DNA of 64,000 nucleotides. Origin: Butyrivibrio sp. Its GTDB lineage: Bacteria; Bacillota; Clostridia; Lachnospirales; Lachnospiraceae. Positions 29,505 through 38,606 of this stretch are shown one piece after another. The DNA is taken from positions 7,514 to 71,513 of the forward strand of contig NZ_JAFRGN010000020.1 in assembly GCF_017433805.1 (NCBI RefSeq). Reading direction: 5' to 3'. Both the position numbers and the translations under genes were made by a program. The notes under the pieces were generated by a model that had not been told where the DNA came from, ran no database searches, and worked only from the letters and a program-made list of their open reading frames with translations. Positions within the stretch are counted from its first letter, which is position 1. Every line of letters starts with the position of its first letter.

Positions 29505-31554
29505 GATAGGAATGGTGATCGGCGACCGCTATGAAGTGCTGGAGAAGATAGGCACTGGCGGAATGTCCGATGTTTATAAAGCAAAAGATCATAAGCTTAA
29601 CCGACTTGTAGCTGTTAAGGTACTCAAGCAGGAGTTTTCAGAGAACGAGAATTTCGTTTCCAAGTTCCGCGTTGAGGCCCAGTCTACAGCAGGGCTTATG
29701 CATCCAAATATAGTTAATGTTTATGACGTTGGTGATGAGGATGGTGTCAACTACATCGTAATGGAGCTTGTTGACGGCATTACCCTCAAAAAGTACATTG
29801 AAAAGAAATCCAGACTCTCAGTAAAAGAGGCTGTTAGTATAGCTATTCAGGTAGCTATGGGTCTTGAGGCTGCTCATAACAACAATATTATTCATAGAGA
29901 TATCAAGCCTCAGAATATTATGATCTCCAAGGAAGGTAAGGTTAAGGTTACAGACTTTGGTATCGCCAAGGCTGCTACCAGCAACACTATAACTTCCAAT
30001 GTTATGGGATCAGTTCACTACACATCACCTGAGCAGGCAAGAGGCGGCTACAGTGATGCCAAGAGTGATATTTATTCTTTGGGTATTACTTTATTTGAGA
30101 TGCTGACAGGACGTGTTCCATTTAACGGAGACACAACTGTAGCAATTGCTATCAAACACATTCAGGAGGATTTACCAACTCCTGCAGACTATAACGATGA
30201 GATTCCGATCAGCGTTGAGAAGATTGTTCTCAAGTGCTGTCAGAAGAGCCCTGACAGGAGATATCAGAATGCAGCAGAGCTCATTGCTGATCTCAAGCGT
30301 TCACTGATAACACCTGACAAGGATTTTGTATCTCTGTCTAACCCTGATGAAGAGGGCGCTACAAGAGTAGCTTCTGAAGAGGAAGTATCTTCAGTTAAAA
30401 ATGGTAATGGCAGATTCTCAGATACAGAGAAGATGCGTCTCAAGGACGAAGAGCTCCGCGACTACGATGAAGATGACGATCGCTATGATGATCGTGACAG
30501 AGATCGCAGACGCAAGAGACGTGATTATGATGAAGATGACGATTTCTACGGATATGACAGAGATCGTGAGAATAGACGCCGCAAGCAGAGCCCGCCAGAA
30601 GCTGGCAGAATAGAGAAGCTTACAATTGCTATGGCAATTGTGCTTGCTGTTCTTATTGGCTTTATGGGACTTCTACTTGTAGGTAGGAAGCTTGGACTGT
30701 TCGGTGCATCTGAGGCTGGAACAGAGGCTTCAAGTGCAGCATCATCTGTTGTAGCTACAAGTGACAGCTCAGCTCCTGAGGAGACTGCAGAAGGCATCAT
30801 TATTCCTGATGTTGCAGGCAAGTCTTACGCAGAGGCTGTTGCTACTCTCAATGAGAAGGGCTTCAAGGTTGAAAAGGGTGAGGACTCATCAAGTTCTCTT
30901 GCCAAGGATGTGGTTTCTTATACTAATCCAGCAGCAGGCAACAGAGCACAGAGCGGATCCACCGTTAGTGTATTTGTCAGTACAGGAGCATTTGCTTCAT
31001 CCAGTAGTGCTACAACTGCAGTTACTACAGCCAAGGCTGACGGACAGGTTACTGTTCCTAATGTTATAGGCAAGACTTCTGAAGAAGCTGTTATCATGCT
31101 GGTAGAGGCTGGACTTACAGCTGGATCAGTTGTTGAGACCAGCAACGAAGATCCTAATCTTACAGGACTTATCTGTGCACAGAGCATTGCTTATGGAACA
31201 TCAGTATCTGAGGGCACAACCATCAATATGGAGTTGTCTACAGGTCCTGCAACTGTTACTTACAGCTATGTATCAGATATTTCTGCTCCTACTGAGGGAG
31301 AGAACTATACTGGTGGCCTTTCAGTTCATGTAACACTTGTTACTTCAGATGGAACAACACTTCTTAATACAACTACTTCAGATTTTCCTATTCAGATGAA
31401 TTCCAAGGGAATCACATCTCCTACAGGAACTCTGACATTTGTTTATACAGCAACATCACCTACAACTACCAATCCAGAGACTGGAGAGACTACTGGTGGT
31501 GAGACCAAAGAGATAACAGTTACCAGAGCAGTAACTTTCACACAGGAGAATTAA
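29497..31554 (+). CDS. pknB: PASTA-domain Ser/Thr protein kinase (PknB/PrkC)
   Basis: GTGGMS, VAVK, HRDIKPQN, DFG, GSVHYTSPE; one TM helix; two PASTA-like repeats. Confidence 0.93.
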   Translation: MIKIGMVIGDRYEVLEKIGTGGMSDVYKAKDHKLNRLVAVKVLKQEFSENENFVSKFRVEAQSTAGLMHPNIVNVYDVGDEDGVNYIVMELVDGITLKKYIEKKSRLSVKEAVSIAIQVAMGLEAAHNNNIIHRDIKPQNIMISKEGKVKVTDFGIAKAATSNTITSNVMGSVHYTSPEQARGGYSDAKSDIYSLGITLFEMLTGRVPFNGDTTVAIAIKHIQEDLPTPADYNDEIPISVEKIVLKCCQKSPDRRYQNAAELIADLKRSLITPDKDFVSLSNPDEEGATRVASEEEVSSVKNGNGRFSDTEKMRLKDEELRDYDEDDDRYDDRDRDRRRKRRDYDEDDDFYGYDRDRENRRRKQSPPEAGRIEKLTIAMAIVLAVLIGFMGLLLVGRKLGLFGASEAGTEASSAASSVVATSDSSAPEETAEGIIIPDVAGKSYAEAVATLNEKGFKVEKGEDSSSSLAKDVVSYTNPAAGNRAQSGSTVSVFVSTGAFASSSSATTAVTTAKADGQVTVPNVIGKTSEEAVIMLVEAGLTAGSVVETSNEDPNLTGLICAQSIAYGTSVSEGTTINMELSTGPATVTYSYVSDISAPTEGENYTGGLSVHVTLVTSDGTTLLNTTTSDFPIQMNSKGITSPTGTLTFVYTATSPTTTNPETGETTGGETKEITVTRAVTFTQEN

Positions 31555-31558
31555 GCCT

Positions 31559-32500
31559 TTGAAGGGAAGAATTCTTAAGGGAATTGCCGGTTTTTACTAC
31601 GTTGAGACCTTTGAAGAAAAGGTATACGAATGTAAGGCAAAGGGCATTTTCCGCAAATCTAATTTGAAACCGCTGGTGGGAGATGATGTTGAGATTGATA
31701 TCATCAACGAGGAAAAGAAACTGGGAAATATCACAGACATCTTTCCCAGAAAGAATCAGCTACTTAGACCGCCTGTTGCCAATGTGGACCAGGCGGTTAT
31801 TTTGTTTGCAATAGTTAAGCCTAATCCAAGCTATAACCTGCTGGACAGATTCCTTATCATGATGCGTCAGCAGAACCTTCCTGTTATCATCTGCTTTAAC
31901 AAGCAAGATATTGCTACTAAGGAAGAGCAGCAGGAACTATACGATGCATATGAGAAGTGTGGCTATAAGGTACTTTTTATAAGTGTTCGTGAGGAGCGAG
32001 GACTTGACGAGCTTAAAGAGATGCTTAAGGGTAAGACAACCACTCTGGCTGGACCAAGTGGAGTTGGTAAGTCATCTCTTTTAAATAAACTGGTTCCTAA
32101 CGCTCAGATGCAGACTGGAGAGCTTAGCCGTAAGATTGAGCGAGGCAAGAATACTACAAGACATTCGGAACTCTTTTTCGTGGAAGAGCTATCTGCTAGT
32201 GATGCAGAGTCAGGCAGTGCTGCGACCTGTGACACTTATGTAATAGATACTCCAGGCTTTACATCTCTTGAGATGAGGGATGTTACTCCTGAGAATCTGT
32301 GCCAGTTCTATCCTGAATTTGAGGAGTATGAACCGGAATGCAGATTTGGCGGATGCTCACATATCGCAGAGCCTGACTGCGGAGTCAAGAATGCCATAGC
32401 AGAGGGCAAGATCGCCAAGGTCAGATATGACAACTACAAGGTTCTCTATGAGGAACTTAAGAATATGAGGCCTGATTACAGCAAGAAGGCCCGTAGATAA
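31559..32500 (+). CDS. rsgA: Ribosome small-subunit-dependent GTPase A
   Basis: NKQD, GPSGVGKSS, GKNTT, DTPG, C-terminal CRFGGCSH..EPDC zinc site; TTG start. Confidence 0.95.
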   Translation: MKGRILKGIAGFYYVETFEEKVYECKAKGIFRKSNLKPLVGDDVEIDIINEEKKLGNITDIFPRKNQLLRPPVANVDQAVILFAIVKPNPSYNLLDRFLIMMRQQNLPVIICFNKQDIATKEEQQELYDAYEKCGYKVLFISVREERGLDELKEMLKGKTTTLAGPSGVGKSSLLNKLVPNAQMQTGELSRKIERGKNTTRHSELFFVEELSASDAESGSAATCDTYVIDTPGFTSLEMRDVTPENLCQFYPEFEEYEPECRFGGCSHIAEPDCGVKNAIAEGKIAKVRYDNYKVLYEELKNMRPDYSKKARR

Positions 32501-32516
32501 TAAGGAATAGTAATTT

Positions 32517-33104
32517 ATGAAGATATGGGTTACAAGACATGGACAGACTGATCTCAATGCTCAGAAGCGCATGCAGGGCAGATCAGATATTCCTCTTAAT
32601 GACAGAGGAAAGGCTCAGGCGAGGACTGCCAGAGAGCTTATAGGAAATGTGAAATTTGATGCGATTTATTCAAGTCCTTTGAGCAGGGCTGTAGAGACTG
32701 CCCAGATCATAGGAGATGTTGACCGCTCTGATATCATTTTGGATGAGCGTATTATCGAGGCGGATTTTGGCAAATATGAGCAGAGACAGTATATTGCAAC
32801 TGGTCTTCCGATGAGTTTGTACTGGGCTATACCTGAGCTGTTTCCGGCTCCCAGGACTGCAGAGACTACAGATCATATGATAGAGAGAGTCAGAAGCTTT
32901 TTTACCGAACTTGAAGCTAAAGACTACGAGAACGTTCTTGTGACCTGCCATGGCGGTATAATCCGTGTAATAAGGGGCTATCTGGAGGACGTGGAGAGAG
33001 GCTATATCTGGAGACCAAGACCTAAAAACTGTGAGATCAGGGTATATGAATCAGTTAATGGAGTTCACAGTTTTATTAAAAGCTATGATCCATCAAGCAA
33101 ATAG
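32517..33104 (+). CDS. Histidine phosphatase (phosphoglycerate mutase-like)
   Basis: RHGQT, SSPLSRA, EADFG, VTCHGG. Confidence 0.88.
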   Translation: MKIWVTRHGQTDLNAQKRMQGRSDIPLNDRGKAQARTARELIGNVKFDAIYSSPLSRAVETAQIIGDVDRSDIILDERIIEADFGKYEQRQYIATGLPMSLYWAIPELFPAPRTAETTDHMIERVRSFFTELEAKDYENVLVTCHGGIIRVIRGYLEDVERGYIWRPRPKNCEIRVYESVNGVHSFIKSYDPSSK

Positions 33105-33216
33105 GGATATCAGGACGTTTTGATGTGTTGAATTGTTGCTTCAAAATGTCATATAATATTATAAATATTTGATGTATCGGACATGTCAAACACGTTGTGG
33201 TTTGGGAGGTTCTCGC

Positions 33217-33570
33217 ATGAAGAGCGTGCTAATAGTAGACGATTCGAGAGTTTCACGCAAGATGATCAGACATCTGCTGGAACATTCCGGATTCGAGGTT
33301 GCAGCAGAGGCTATAAATGGCAAAGAGGGACTGGACTTATATATTAAGCTCAGGCCTGATGTGGTTGCGATGGACATTACTATGCCTGAGATGAATGGAA
33401 TTGATGCTCTCAAGGCAATCAAAGAGCACGATCCTGATGCCAAGGTTGTGATCATTTCAGCGGCAGGACAGGATTATAATAAGGCTGATGCGATCAGAGC
33501 TGGTGCTGTAGCATTTGTCACTAAGCCTTATTCAGACGAGGAGATACTAGAAGCGCTCAGGAGCAGTTAA
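33217..33570 (+). CDS. Stand-alone CheY-like response regulator
   Basis: IVDDS, MDITMPEMNG (phospho-Asp), ISA, VTKP; receiver domain only. Start ATG 33217 behind GGGAGG. Confidence 0.9.
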   Translation: MKSVLIVDDSRVSRKMIRHLLEHSGFEVAAEAINGKEGLDLYIKLRPDVVAMDITMPEMNGIDALKAIKEHDPDAKVVIISAAGQDYNKADAIRAGAVAFVTKPYSDEEILEALRSS

Positions 33571-33587
33571 GTTATGATTAGATTTTC

Positions 33588-33620
33588 AAGCTGACCGGAT
33601 TTATATCCGGCCAGCTTTTT
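33588..33620 (+). terminator. Intrinsic terminator after the response regulator
   Basis: aagctgaccggat/atccggccagctt stem followed by ttt. Confidence 0.7.
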
Positions 33621-33648
33621 GTGTAATTCTTTTAAAGGAGGAAAAGGT

Positions 33649-34671
33649 ATGAAGGCATTATTTATCGGCGGCACTGGGACAATCAGTATGGCAATTGTAA
33701 GGAAGCTGGCTCAGGATCCAATGTGGGAAGTGTGGCTCCTTAATCGTGGTAACAGGAAGAGCGAGGTCCCTGAAAATGTCCATGAGATCATCTGTGATAT
33801 TTCTGATGAGGAAGACGCCAAAAAGAAGCTTGAGGGGATGGAGTTTGACGTTGTAAGTGAGTTTATTGGCTTTACCAGAGATCAGGTTGAAAGAGACTAC
33901 AGGCTCTTTAAGGGTAAGACCAAACAGTATATGTATATAAGCTCAGCTTCAGCCTATAATAAGCCGGCTGCAAGCTACGTGATCACAGAAGGCACAACTC
34001 TTTCTAATCCTCATTGGGAGTACTCCAGGAACAAGATCGCCTGCGAGGAGTTCCTCATGGAGAAGTACAGAACAGAGGGCTTTCCTGTTACTATCATAAG
34101 ACCTAGTCACACCTATGATGAGAGAAATATTCCTCTTGGCGTTCATGGTAAAAAAGGCTTCTATCAGGTTGTAAAGAGAATGATGGAAGGTAAGCCGGTT
34201 CTCATTCAGGGGGATGGACCATCTCTTTGGCATGTGACCTTTAACAGAGATTTTGCTGTGGGTTACACAGGACTCATGGGCAATCCTAAGGCTATTGGTG
34301 AGGCTTTCCAGATTACTGGTGATGAGTGTCTTACCTGGAATCAGATATATCAGACAATCGCAGATGCACTTGGGGTAGAACTTAAGCCTTATCATGTTTC
34401 TGCTTATTATCTAAGTGCAGTTGGAGATAAGTACGGCTACGACTTCGAGGGAAGTCTCCTTGGCGATAAGTCAGTGTCAGTAGTATTCGATAACAGTAAG
34501 CTCAAAAGAGCTGTTCCGGCAATGACCACAACTATAAGGTTTGATCAGGGCGTTCGCATAGCTCTTGACTATATAAAGGCGCATCCTGAGTGCCAGGTTG
34601 AAGATCCTGAATTTGATGAGTGGTGTGACAAGGTTATTGCAGCTCTTGAGGAGAGCAAGAGTAAAATATGA
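33649..34671 (+). CDS. NAD-dependent epimerase/dehydratase (extended/atypical SDR)
   Basis: GGTGTIS, LNRG, ISSASAY, YSRNK, IRPSHTY. Start ATG 33649 behind AAGGAGG. Confidence 0.85.
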   Translation: MKALFIGGTGTISMAIVRKLAQDPMWEVWLLNRGNRKSEVPENVHEIICDISDEEDAKKKLEGMEFDVVSEFIGFTRDQVERDYRLFKGKTKQYMYISSASAYNKPAASYVITEGTTLSNPHWEYSRNKIACEEFLMEKYRTEGFPVTIIRPSHTYDERNIPLGVHGKKGFYQVVKRMMEGKPVLIQGDGPSLWHVTFNRDFAVGYTGLMGNPKAIGEAFQITGDECLTWNQIYQTIADALGVELKPYHVSAYYLSAVGDKYGYDFEGSLLGDKSVSVVFDNSKLKRAVPAMTTTIRFDQGVRIALDYIKAHPECQVEDPEFDEWCDKVIAALEESKSKI

Positions 34672-34740
34672 TCATGCCTGGTGAATACCAATGCGTGAAA
34701 TATAGAGAAAAAATCAGTCTGTGAGAGGGTGATTGGGGAA

Positions 34741-35400
34741 ATGAAAATTAGCAATAAGACTCAGAATATCATTTATGGTGTGATCATTGGTGTTTCTGTG
34801 CTGGTGATGCTCATATTATGTGTGGGATATATTCGGGATAAAAAGGCAGAAACAGGAAATGCTGATATTCCGCAGACGGCGGCTCTTAAGCCCAAGGAGG
34901 ACAAGGTAAAGATAACCGTCAACACAGAGATCATAGAGGAAGGCCTTGATGATATGGGCTTTCTGGTGACTCAGGAATACTATTTTACTCAGGTTGAAAC
35001 CTACACTAAAGAAAAGAAGGTACTGAAATTCTTTGATGCTACTTCTGAGCTTGCATACAGCTACGATGGCTCAGTTACTGCGGGTGTTGATTTTGAGAGA
35101 ATCAAGATCAGAAAAGATGAAGAGACCAAGGTGATCATTGTAGATGTTCCCAAGGCTGAGATTCAGACGGTGAGTATTGATAAAGACTCATTCAAGGTTT
35201 TCTCGGAAAAAGAGTCTATGTGGAACAAGCTAAACATATCTGATTACAATGATTCTTTGGCTGAATTTGAGAAAGCTGCTAAAGAAAAAGCTATTGAAAA
35301 TGGCATTCTTGACAGGGCCCAGGAACGAGCTGAGGAACTTATTTTGCAGTTTGTCAGTAAGTACCAGGGCACTTCAGATTACAGAATTGTGTGTGAGTGA
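34741..35400 (+). CDS. DUF4230-like membrane-anchored protein
   Basis: Single N-terminal TM helix; YSYDGSVTAGVDF, VPKAEI, A..AI..GIL..AQ..AE pattern recognised as DUF4230. Confidence 0.7.
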   Translation: MKISNKTQNIIYGVIIGVSVLVMLILCVGYIRDKKAETGNADIPQTAALKPKEDKVKITVNTEIIEEGLDDMGFLVTQEYYFTQVETYTKEKKVLKFFDATSELAYSYDGSVTAGVDFERIKIRKDEETKVIIVDVPKAEIQTVSIDKDSFKVFSEKESMWNKLNISDYNDSLAEFEKAAKEKAIENGILDRAQERAEELILQFVSKYQGTSDYRIVCE

Positions 35401-35411
35401 GGAGGAGAGAA

Positions 35412-36185
35412 ATGGAACTTAAAAAAATAACGGTGGCAGTGGTACTCTTACTACTGGCCGTAATATCTTTTACCAAGCTTGCACCATGGGCAGCAGATCC
35501 AAACAATCACACTCATTCCATTGAACAGACAGAAGAAAAGATTACAACAGTCATGACACTTTCAGGAGGGGCAGCGGCTACATCGGCTACGTTATCTCTT
35601 TTACCAGGTGATATGTGTACTCCGCTTTCTGAGCAGCTTGCTGAGCTGGCCAAGTACTTTCTGCTGGTTTTAAGTTCACTATATCTTGAGAAATTCATGA
35701 TCTGTATCACAGGGTATATAGCATTTTCTGTATTGATCCCGCTGGCGTGTGTTATTATGGCGGCATCGATACTGTTTGGGCAGGATAGCTGGAAGAGAAT
35801 ATCAGGTAAGATCGCAATCTTTGCAATAATAGTTTTTCTTATAGTTCCTGCCAGTGTTCAGCTGTCTGACATGGTGTACCAGACGCAGGCAGAAAGAGTA
35901 AACAATGCAGTTGAAGAGTACAATGAGCTTGATGTTGACGGAGATTCAGATGGCGGAATCATCAGTGATCTTAATACCATCACCAATTCTACGATTCAGA
36001 AAATAACTACATTTATTGGCAGTCTTTTGGAGGCCCTTGCAGTTATGCTTGTAACAGCCTGCATTATCCCAATTCTTGTTTTTGTGTTATTGGTGTGGCT
36101 TGGGAAGACCATTTTCAGCTCAAATGTAATGACACTGGATATTAGCTCATTGAATAAGATAAAAGAGAAACTGGATAAGCACTAA
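35412..36185 (+). CDS. Conserved hypothetical membrane protein
   Basis: Several hydrophobic helices; ATG 35412 behind GGAGGAG. Confidence 0.7.
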   Translation: MELKKITVAVVLLLLAVISFTKLAPWAADPNNHTHSIEQTEEKITTVMTLSGGAAATSATLSLLPGDMCTPLSEQLAELAKYFLLVLSSLYLEKFMICITGYIAFSVLIPLACVIMAASILFGQDSWKRISGKIAIFAIIVFLIVPASVQLSDMVYQTQAERVNNAVEEYNELDVDGDSDGGIISDLNTITNSTIQKITTFIGSLLEALAVMLVTACIIPILVFVLLVWLGKTIFSSNVMTLDISSLNKIKEKLDKH

Positions 36186-36205
36186 GATGAGCTTTGGGGG
36201 AGATT

Positions 36206-36787
36206 ATGAACGAATTTGACGAGAGGTACAGCACTGTGGAGGATGCCATTTTTGATTCCTTCTTTTTGCTGTTAAAAGAAAAAGAGATAGATAAGATTAC
36301 GGTTTCTGATGTGGTGAAAAAGGCTGGAATAGTAAGAAGTACTTTTTATAACCACTACGAGAATATTCCTACCCTTGTTAATGCTGCGGAGGAAAAGACA
36401 ATTGAGAAGATTTTTAATCTCATGGAGAGCTTCCATCCCAAGGATGACAGGGGAATCTGCAAATCATTTTTTCTTGCTATCTGTAATTACACCAAGGAGA
36501 ATCCCTTTTTGGGGACTCTCCTTGATAGTACCAGAGGCGATGCTTTTTTTGAGAAAATGCTGCTGATGTTTGACCGCTATATGCGCACTGTGACTGATGA
36601 TGAGGCCTATCAGATAAAAGACAGGAAGAGTGCCACCTACTATATAGCATCAAGCATTGGAAGTACTATAGGTGTTCTACATAAGTGGTCAACTACAGGT
36701 TTTGATGTGCCTGTGGATGAGATTGCAGACATCCTGACACAAGTCTTTGTAACAGGAATCCTGCCTGGACTAAGTAACAGAGCTTGA
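36206..36787 (+). CDS. TetR/AcrR-family regulator
   Basis: ITVSDVVKKAGIVRSTFYNHY HTH; ATG 36206 behind GGGGGAG. Confidence 0.9.
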   Translation: MNEFDERYSTVEDAIFDSFFLLLKEKEIDKITVSDVVKKAGIVRSTFYNHYENIPTLVNAAEEKTIEKIFNLMESFHPKDDRGICKSFFLAICNYTKENPFLGTLLDSTRGDAFFEKMLLMFDRYMRTVTDDEAYQIKDRKSATYYIASSIGSTIGVLHKWSTTGFDVPVDEIADILTQVFVTGILPGLSNRA

Positions 36788-36828
36788 GAGTAATACGAGA
36801 AAATGGATTCTGAAAATTGGATTATGAC

Positions 36829-38337
36829 TTAGGCAGGAACGTCTTCTGCTGCGTACTGCCTTAGGATTTTTCTTGTTGTATTGCGCCTGAATGGGTTTTC
36901 TCTTATAACAAGGTGAGCTATTCTTCTGTAGGAAGGCACACCACTATTGTATTCATCTAGAATCTTGCGCAGTTTTTCTTTTATTTTCTCAGAGTCTAAT
37001 TTCTTTTTGGCTATCAGCTCCTGATCTGGATATATTCTGGCAGTAAGGCCATTTCCATCTCCTGTTACTACGACTTCTTCGATTAGTGGATACAGGCAGA
37101 GCTTATTCTCTATTTCTTCAGGAGATACGTTTTCACCATTTGAAAGGATGATAAGGTTCTTGACTCGTCCGTTTATGAAAAGATATCCTTCTTCATCCAT
37201 ATAGCCCTTGTCTCCGGTATGAAGCCATCCATCTGAAAGTGCCTCATTAGTCTCTTTGGGCATTTTGTAATAGCCGGTCATAAGGCTGCTACTCTTAACC
37301 AGAATCTCACCATTTTTAAATCTGACTTCCGCGTTTTTCAGAACTTTACCAACGGAACCAGGTTTGTGGGCAGTTGGCGTATTTGTGCTGATAACAGGAG
37401 AGCATTCGCTCATTCCATAGCCTTCATAAACATTCACGCCATATTCAGCAAATTTCTCAATATAAAATGGATCGAGGTGGGCTCCACCTGAAAAGACAGT
37501 AGTCAGACGGCCGCCAAAAACCTTATTTGCCACAACCTTCTTGGGAAGGAGCTTTGCGGCGCCCTGAAGCTTTTTATATATGGTTTCAAGCATCATTGGA
37601 ACCATCAGCATAACCTCAGGCTTAAAGAGCTGCATGTTCTTTACCATGTGAAGGAAAGAGTCGTTGATGCAGACCGTTGAGCCAAGGGATAAGCATTTAA
37701 GATAGTCCATTACAAGACAGAAGGCGTGATGTATTGGTAGTACACTTAAGACAACTCTTCCAGGAACTGACTCATATTCTACAGCTTCCACATTGCTGAC
37801 AAGGTTCTTTTGGGTGAGCATTACGCCCTTGCTTTTGCCGGTAGTTCCTGAGGTAAAGATTATCATGGCTGTATTATCACCAGAAAGACCAAATACATCT
37901 GATGAATATGATGATGAGTCTTTTAGACTATGAAGTGAGTCCAGGTAATAAGTATTCCTGACCAAAGGGCAGGAAGTTTGCAGCTTTTCAGATAGAGCTT
38001 TCTTGGAAGTGTCAAGAAAAACAGCGCTGCTGTCTGACCTTACGAGAAGATCAATGATTTCCTCATCAGAAAGAAGCGGGTCAATAAGAACTGCAGTGTT
38101 ATCACCGGTTGTTATGGCAAAGAAGGCTTCAATCCAGCTTTCTGAGCTAAAACCTACGATTGCAATATGATCCTTACTAAGGCCATCCGCGCGAAGCCCT
38201 TTTCTTAACCTGGAAACATTCTGACCAAGTCCTGTGTAAGAAATTTCGGATACATCATTATTTACAGGCCATTTGAGTGCGGGAGTATCAGAGTATTCAT
38301 TTACCATATAATCAAAGAGCTGTCGTATACTTTCCAT
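36829..38337 (-). CDS. AMP-binding long-chain acyl-adenylating enzyme (FadD-like A domain)
   Basis: IIFTSGTTGKSKG, LPIHH, SGGA, GYGMSE, LHTGD, GRVKNLIILSNGENVSPEEIE, C-terminal TTRKI. Confidence 0.9.
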   Translation of the reverse strand: MESIRQLFDYMVNEYSDTPALKWPVNNDVSEISYTGLGQNVSRLRKGLRADGLSKDHIAIVGFSSESWIEAFFAITTGDNTAVLIDPLLSDEEIIDLLVRSDSSAVFLDTSKKALSEKLQTSCPLVRNTYYLDSLHSLKDSSSYSSDVFGLSGDNTAMIIFTSGTTGKSKGVMLTQKNLVSNVEAVEYESVPGRVVLSVLPIHHAFCLVMDYLKCLSLGSTVCINDSFLHMVKNMQLFKPEVMLMVPMMLETIYKKLQGAAKLLPKKVVANKVFGGRLTTVFSGGAHLDPFYIEKFAEYGVNVYEGYGMSECSPVISTNTPTAHKPGSVGKVLKNAEVRFKNGEILVKSSSLMTGYYKMPKETNEALSDGWLHTGDKGYMDEEGYLFINGRVKNLIILSNGENVSPEEIENKLCLYPLIEEVVVTGDGNGLTARIYPDQELIAKKKLDSEKIKEKLRKILDEYNSGVPSYRRIAHLVIRENPFRRNTTRKILRQYAAEDVPA

Positions 38338-38349
38338 AGTGATCTCCCT

Positions 38350-38589
38350 TTATAAGATTTTCTGTGCCATGCAGATTAGATCAAGAGCTTCGCCGATAGT
38401 GGTGATATTACCAACATTGTCGAGATTGAGCTCCAAGTCGAAGTTGTCCTCCAGGTCTCCCAAAAGAGACATGAAGTCAAAGGAGCTAAGACCAAGATCT
38501 TCGCAAAATCTCATATCGTTCTTCATGTCAGCAGGTGCTACGCTGCAGTACTGTGCCAGGAATTCTTTGAATAGTTTTTCGTTTTTCAT
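38350..38589 (-). CDS. Acyl carrier protein (T domain)
   Basis: 79 aa, acidic; EDLGLSSFDFMSLLGDLEDNF helix with phosphopantetheine Ser; TIGEA near the C-terminus. Confidence 0.88.
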   Translation of the reverse strand: MKNEKLFKEFLAQYCSVAPADMKNDMRFCEDLGLSSFDFMSLLGDLEDNFDLELNLDNVGNITTIGEALDLICMAQKIL

Positions 38590-38606
38590 ATTGTTTCTCC
38601 TCCGAT

